The notes under the pieces: model-generated
Database searches by the model: none
Told to the model about the DNA's origin: nothing
Seen by the model: the letters and a program-made list of their open reading frames with translations, nothing else
Shown here: piece after piece, positions 57,237-64,000 of the stretch
Position numbering within the stretch: the stretch's first letter is position 1
Layout of the letters: each line of letters starts with the position of its first letter
Position numbers and translations under genes: made by a program
Origin: the human T2T-CHM13v2.0 reference genome, Homo sapiens
NCBI RefSeq assembly: GCF_009914755.1
Contig: NC_060925.1
Reading direction: 5' to 3' (one strand)
Length of the DNA: 64,000 nt

Positions 57237-58324
57237 TAAGTATAAATATTTACCCAACATTTTAGTGGGAAAATGTGCAGTGAGCTCTGTAGAAAAGTCA
57301 AGAACCGTGTGAGGTCCTTTCTTCTCGCATCTCTGGCAATTGTGCTCGTCTTTTGCTATTAAGTTCTTCATCCTTCTTCTTGGTAGGGATCTATAAAACA
57401 GTAGTGAAAATAAAATATTCAGCAAATAAAGGCAGGAGGAAACATAAAGGATATTACTGAGATAAAGGGGGAAGTATAAAAGATTACAAGAACAAAACCT
57501 GAAAAATTGTTCCAAAGCTGCTTCCCTTGTTGTACAGCTTTCCAGGCCTTGCGGCTCTCAGGCTCATTAGATCTCTAGGGTATCCTCCCCATGGGTCAAG
57601 CAACCTACTTTCCACAAACCTAGTTTCCCCTGTCTCTCTCTGATAAGATTAAGGCGTCTGCCAGTGGTGAAACACTGATGTAACTCAAATTGCTTACATG
57701 GTAATACATAACTCCTACTCTCAACTGCCTTCTCCGTTCCATGTGTAGAATGAGTTAGTTCTCTTTAAATTCCCTGATGTCAAACCTGTCACTGAAACAT
57801 ATTGGTTGAAAGCATCATAGGTCCTGCTTGATGAATCCTCAAAGTCAGCAGGGTTAGAAGAGATTTACGTATCCTCTTTATGATACCGATTATTATAGAT
57901 CTCAATAGCATGCTGCCAACACAGACTTAAGTCTCGCTGGAGCACATCCAGGAAGGAAAAGATTGGTGTTTTGTGTTGATCACAAAACATTCAACTAAGT
58001 TCATAAGGAAAGATTCCAAATAGCTAACCTGTGTATCATTAAATAACTCTCAAAACCTCTTTTTACAGATAAAAGGAAATTAAGTCTCTCAGCTCAGAAA
58101 GGTACCCTGGGAAGCATTATTTTTTAATGTACCAAAAATGTCTTTGTACATCTCTGTATTAGATGCTTTTATAAACAACGTGCATTATGAGAAAAAAATG
58201 AAAATTTCCCATTTTTATTTTAAAAAGGTACAGAGAATAGAGTCCAAATGAAGTCTCCAAATGACAATATGCCAGAGAACACCAAATTCCCAAATCTGAG
58301 TAACTATCTAAATTTCTGAGGTCT

Positions 58325-59690
<1,366 letters not shown>

Positions 59691-60006
59691 GCACAAAACA
59701 GAGATTTCCCTGCTACTTAAGCACTAGGCTAAGCCCAGCATCTGAATGTTATTGCTTCTGTGAATACCCAGTTTAATTTTCTTTGCAGCAAAACTGAAAA
59801 GCTAGGGCCAATTTCAGAATCAAATCTTCAGTTTCTTAGAAGGGCCTCTCATAATACTGCAAGAACCAAGTTCTTCTATTACTAAAATGTTGTTTGCAAT
59901 TATACTAATCCTGCTTAGTAATTCCAAAACCATTGTAAAATACTATGATACATATAATATAAAGTTGAACCAAAATATCACTTAACATTTAATAATTGCA
60001 AATATA

Positions 60007-60012
60007 TTTATT
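60007..60012 (-). terminator. Candidate polyadenylation signal AATAAA for PPP1R15B
   Basis: tttatt on the plus strand at the distal edge of the UTR-like block, with a second hexamer (ATTAAA) 19 nt further on. Confidence 0.55.
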
Positions 60013-60827
60013 ACAATTTACAGATTAGTTATGTTATATACACAAATATAATTTTAACTATAAAATCCCAACTAGTTACATTTAAATTATTGATCTGTAG
60101 AAGCCAATTTAGAGTCTTCTAGTCCCCTAACTTTACCTTCCTTAAATTATACAAAAATAAAATCTGATAGTTTTGATTTCAAGTTAAAGATGAAGAAGTG
60201 TTACATTTCATCACTCAGAAATGGAACTTTTACCTGTCTGTACAAAGCCTTTTACATGCTACATTGACACTTAAAGCACCATTAACAAGACTTTAAATGT
60301 ATAAAATGTTTAATTAAAACCTCCAAAGATTTTCTCTTTAAGATTACGGGGGTTTAACTTTGTTCTAACTAGAATTGGGATGAAACAAGAATTTTGCTTT
60401 TTTCTCCTTCAGTCCAACTTTAAAATAGTCCTTTCTGTCCTTCTTATCACCTTCTGATCACTTCTTCCAAGGAGGCTAGTATATGGAAGAACTCTTAATC
60501 AAGCTTTCACTCATTTGGTAGTGAGGTTAGAATCCCATGGGGAACAATTTTCCAAAATCCAATGAAAGATGTCTCATTATTTTCAAATACACAGAGGTGC
60601 TAGGTTTAAGAAACAGGAAACACAACGTTAAGTCTCGGAAATAAAATGTTTCAGCCTGGTTTTAAAAGAATGCCTGTATGTTGTCAAAAGGCTTTTTTCA
60701 AGGCAAATGACGCCTGCTTTCCAACCGACATTGCTGTTGCTTGAAACTAGCCTGTTTTCATGTTATTAGACCATCCTGTAAATGTGCTCCCTATGATTAC
60801 CTAAAGTGGAGGTGCACAAAACACACA

Positions 60828-61177
<350 letters not shown>

Positions 61178-62692
61178 TTATGAATATATAAACAGTGGAG
61201 GCAGTTCTTAGAACTGGATAGAAATAAAATAATGACCAGGTAGATTGTAAACTGAGGTAGTAACCCTGTAAGCACTTCTGATGAAAAATTCATCCCCACA
61301 CTTAAATAAGTTCAAAACTAAGAGGTCACCTATTCTACTTATGTTTTCCATTACCTGTGACAGGAAGCACACGGAATGAAAGCAGACCACGGAAGGGTTA
61401 ACAACCCCTCAACCTAACTTATGTGTACCTTGTAAAGCTAAACAAATAAACCAAACACAAACAGTCAATGCAAAGACTTCAATTCAAAGTAACCTTTGGG
61501 CTAAATATATTAAAACTTTCCAGTCATTAATCTATACTTCTATCCTTTCCTGAAAGTAAAGGCCTTGCCATTACTTCTCTCATTATTAAATAGTAGGACA
61601 CAATAAACCTGGATATTGACTGAAGTTTATATTTTACATTTCAAACGTGAAAATTCAGAACTGCCCATTTCCAATTTTACAGTGGGATCCTGACAGGTTT
61701 TAAAAGTGACAGTGCTGAGGCATGATATTCATTAACACTGGTTTTCTGTTGAGAACATATACACCAAAACCAAATTGCTCTGAGATGTCTCCTATTTTCT
61801 TTCTAGGAAATTTCTAGGCTTTTAAGTTTAAAAAATAAATGATTATGATGTAATTATTACTTTCCAGAGTGTTTTGCAATAACTTCAACCTGTTAAGAGA
61901 TACAAAGAACTATATTAAACTGGGAACTACAATAACGTACACAGAACCCTCTTCAAAGAAATTAAATATATTAGATGTTAAAATGTGGTAGAAAGATGCA
62001 GCTTTCCCAAAGTAGTAAAGTACTGCACATATGGGTTTTGTGGCAGTCCTTGGAAATATCCTAGGTAGAACTTAATGTAGAAATAAAAAGGCTACCACAT
62101 ATTTTCAATCCAAGTCATTTTTACAAGAAAAAAAAAAGTGACACAAAATAATGCACTTTAAGTTGGTAGCATACACAAGGTTATTTTTTAGCCTAACATA
62201 GACAGGCCAAATCATTGAAATAAAAAAAATATAGAAAAACATAAAAGCCCATTAACTTCTGAATTTTGGGAAAGAAACAAGAAAGAGCCCAAAGTTTTCA
62301 GATAGGCACACATAATTTAGATTAGAAATGAAAATGGGCTTTAAGCCCTATAAATATTGTTTTCCAAGAAAATAAGTTTTCAAAGTGCAAAATGACAACT
62401 CAAAAAGGTCCCCTTTCCACCTCATGCAGGCAAAGGACATTTAAAAGCACATCCAACTAAATCAAAAAAGGGAGGATTAGAAATCACACTAGTTCATCCT
62501 TCATTATCAGGGCTGGCTTCAAACCTGAATGTTTCTGAGTGGGATATGTTGCAAAAAAAAAAATTAAACTAGATCCAAGTTACATTTCCTCTAAAAAAAA
62601 AAATGTCAAAGGACAGCTGCCAAGATTTGTTTTTAAAAGACACCTCTCAGGTAAGAGGTAGTGTATGCTAGCTAGGACTACAGGCTGCCAAC

Positions 62693-62914
<222 letters not shown>

Positions 62915-63084
62915 CTACAAAAACAAAGACTAATTTTAATAACTGTCTAGGATCTTACAATCAGCATTGAGGTCAATAACCCTTTATGCTACCAATTCTT
63001 TCAGAATATTCCCAACTAAGAATAACATATTATTATTAGGAATATTTGGTCCCAGCTATATTTGAAGTTAAAAAAAAAGTTCTG

Positions 63085-63367
<283 letters not shown>

Positions 63368-64000
63368 TTCAGATTAGATGGCATTTGGATAAAATAGTGA
63401 ACAAATGTCACCTAAATATTTCATATAGAGATATATATCTTTCATCTATATATACTTCATTTATCTATATCTGCATAATATACACACACAGTCGTCTGCC
63501 CCCCCCAATCCCCCACCAGCCCTTGGCTTTTGGTGTTAATAAAATGAATCCAGATAGGGAATTGAATTTTTCATGCTGTTATTAACCCCTGCTATTTTTT
63601 AATCCTTAGGGAAATACAGTTCTGTGATATTTTTCCCTCAAAATGACAAGCAAAATATTTCTGAAAATAACCACTATATCCCTGGAAGTCACTGTTTTTA
63701 TCACTGCATAAAGGCTTTAACAATATTTTTGCTTACTTCTATTCTTTTTCCTTTTAAAAATTTTTTTCACTTTCCAACTTTTAAATCAACATGTTGTACT
63801 ATTTTTGTATCATTACTTTGGCAATAACAATACAGAAGAGAAAAAGTTACTTAGTAAACAAAGTATAGCAAAATTAGTATTTTTAAAGCTGTGTTACTCT
63901 AAGAAACTTTGTAGTTAAGATTTTAAAAACCTTTGTATTCAATATGCTATCACTATATATGAAATTGTGATTCTAATATACATAATGACATGTAATGAGT

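Overview
Human (primate) genomic DNA, rich in Alu, L1, L2 and MIR repeats, recognisable as the 1q32.1 PLEKHA6 / PPP1R15B interval. Both genes are on the minus strand. At the right end is the last coding exon of PPP1R15B (CReP; VTFLEE...KQC*) with its ~2.7 kb 3'UTR. A CpG island at ~34-35 kb starts a long PLEKHA6 isoform. Three small exons (34213-34131, 28155-28079, 24405-24348) splice in frame and encode WW1 and the first half of WW2, homologous to the PLEKHA5/7 N-termini; the ORF track catches only the first. A probable downstream non-coding first exon lies at ~16.2-16.5 kb. Two processed pseudogenes are nested in older elements: an intact-ORF RPL21 retrocopy in a MER11 LTR and a frameshifted SNRPF retrocopy in an L1. 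The most notable unexplained structures are: (1) a 282-bp, ungapped, ~96% identical non-Alu inverted repeat with a 400-bp spacer (17014-17977); (2) a candidate alternative last exon that would give a WW1-only PLEKHA6 protein; (3) a candidate in-frame PPP1R15B exon that would remove the PP1-docking C-terminus; (4) a tandem pair of RFX X-boxes; and (5) a strong CTCF site between the two genes. Repeat boundaries are approximate. Repeat subfamilies and locus names come from recall, not from a database search. I found no clear evidence of a wholly novel multi-gene system.
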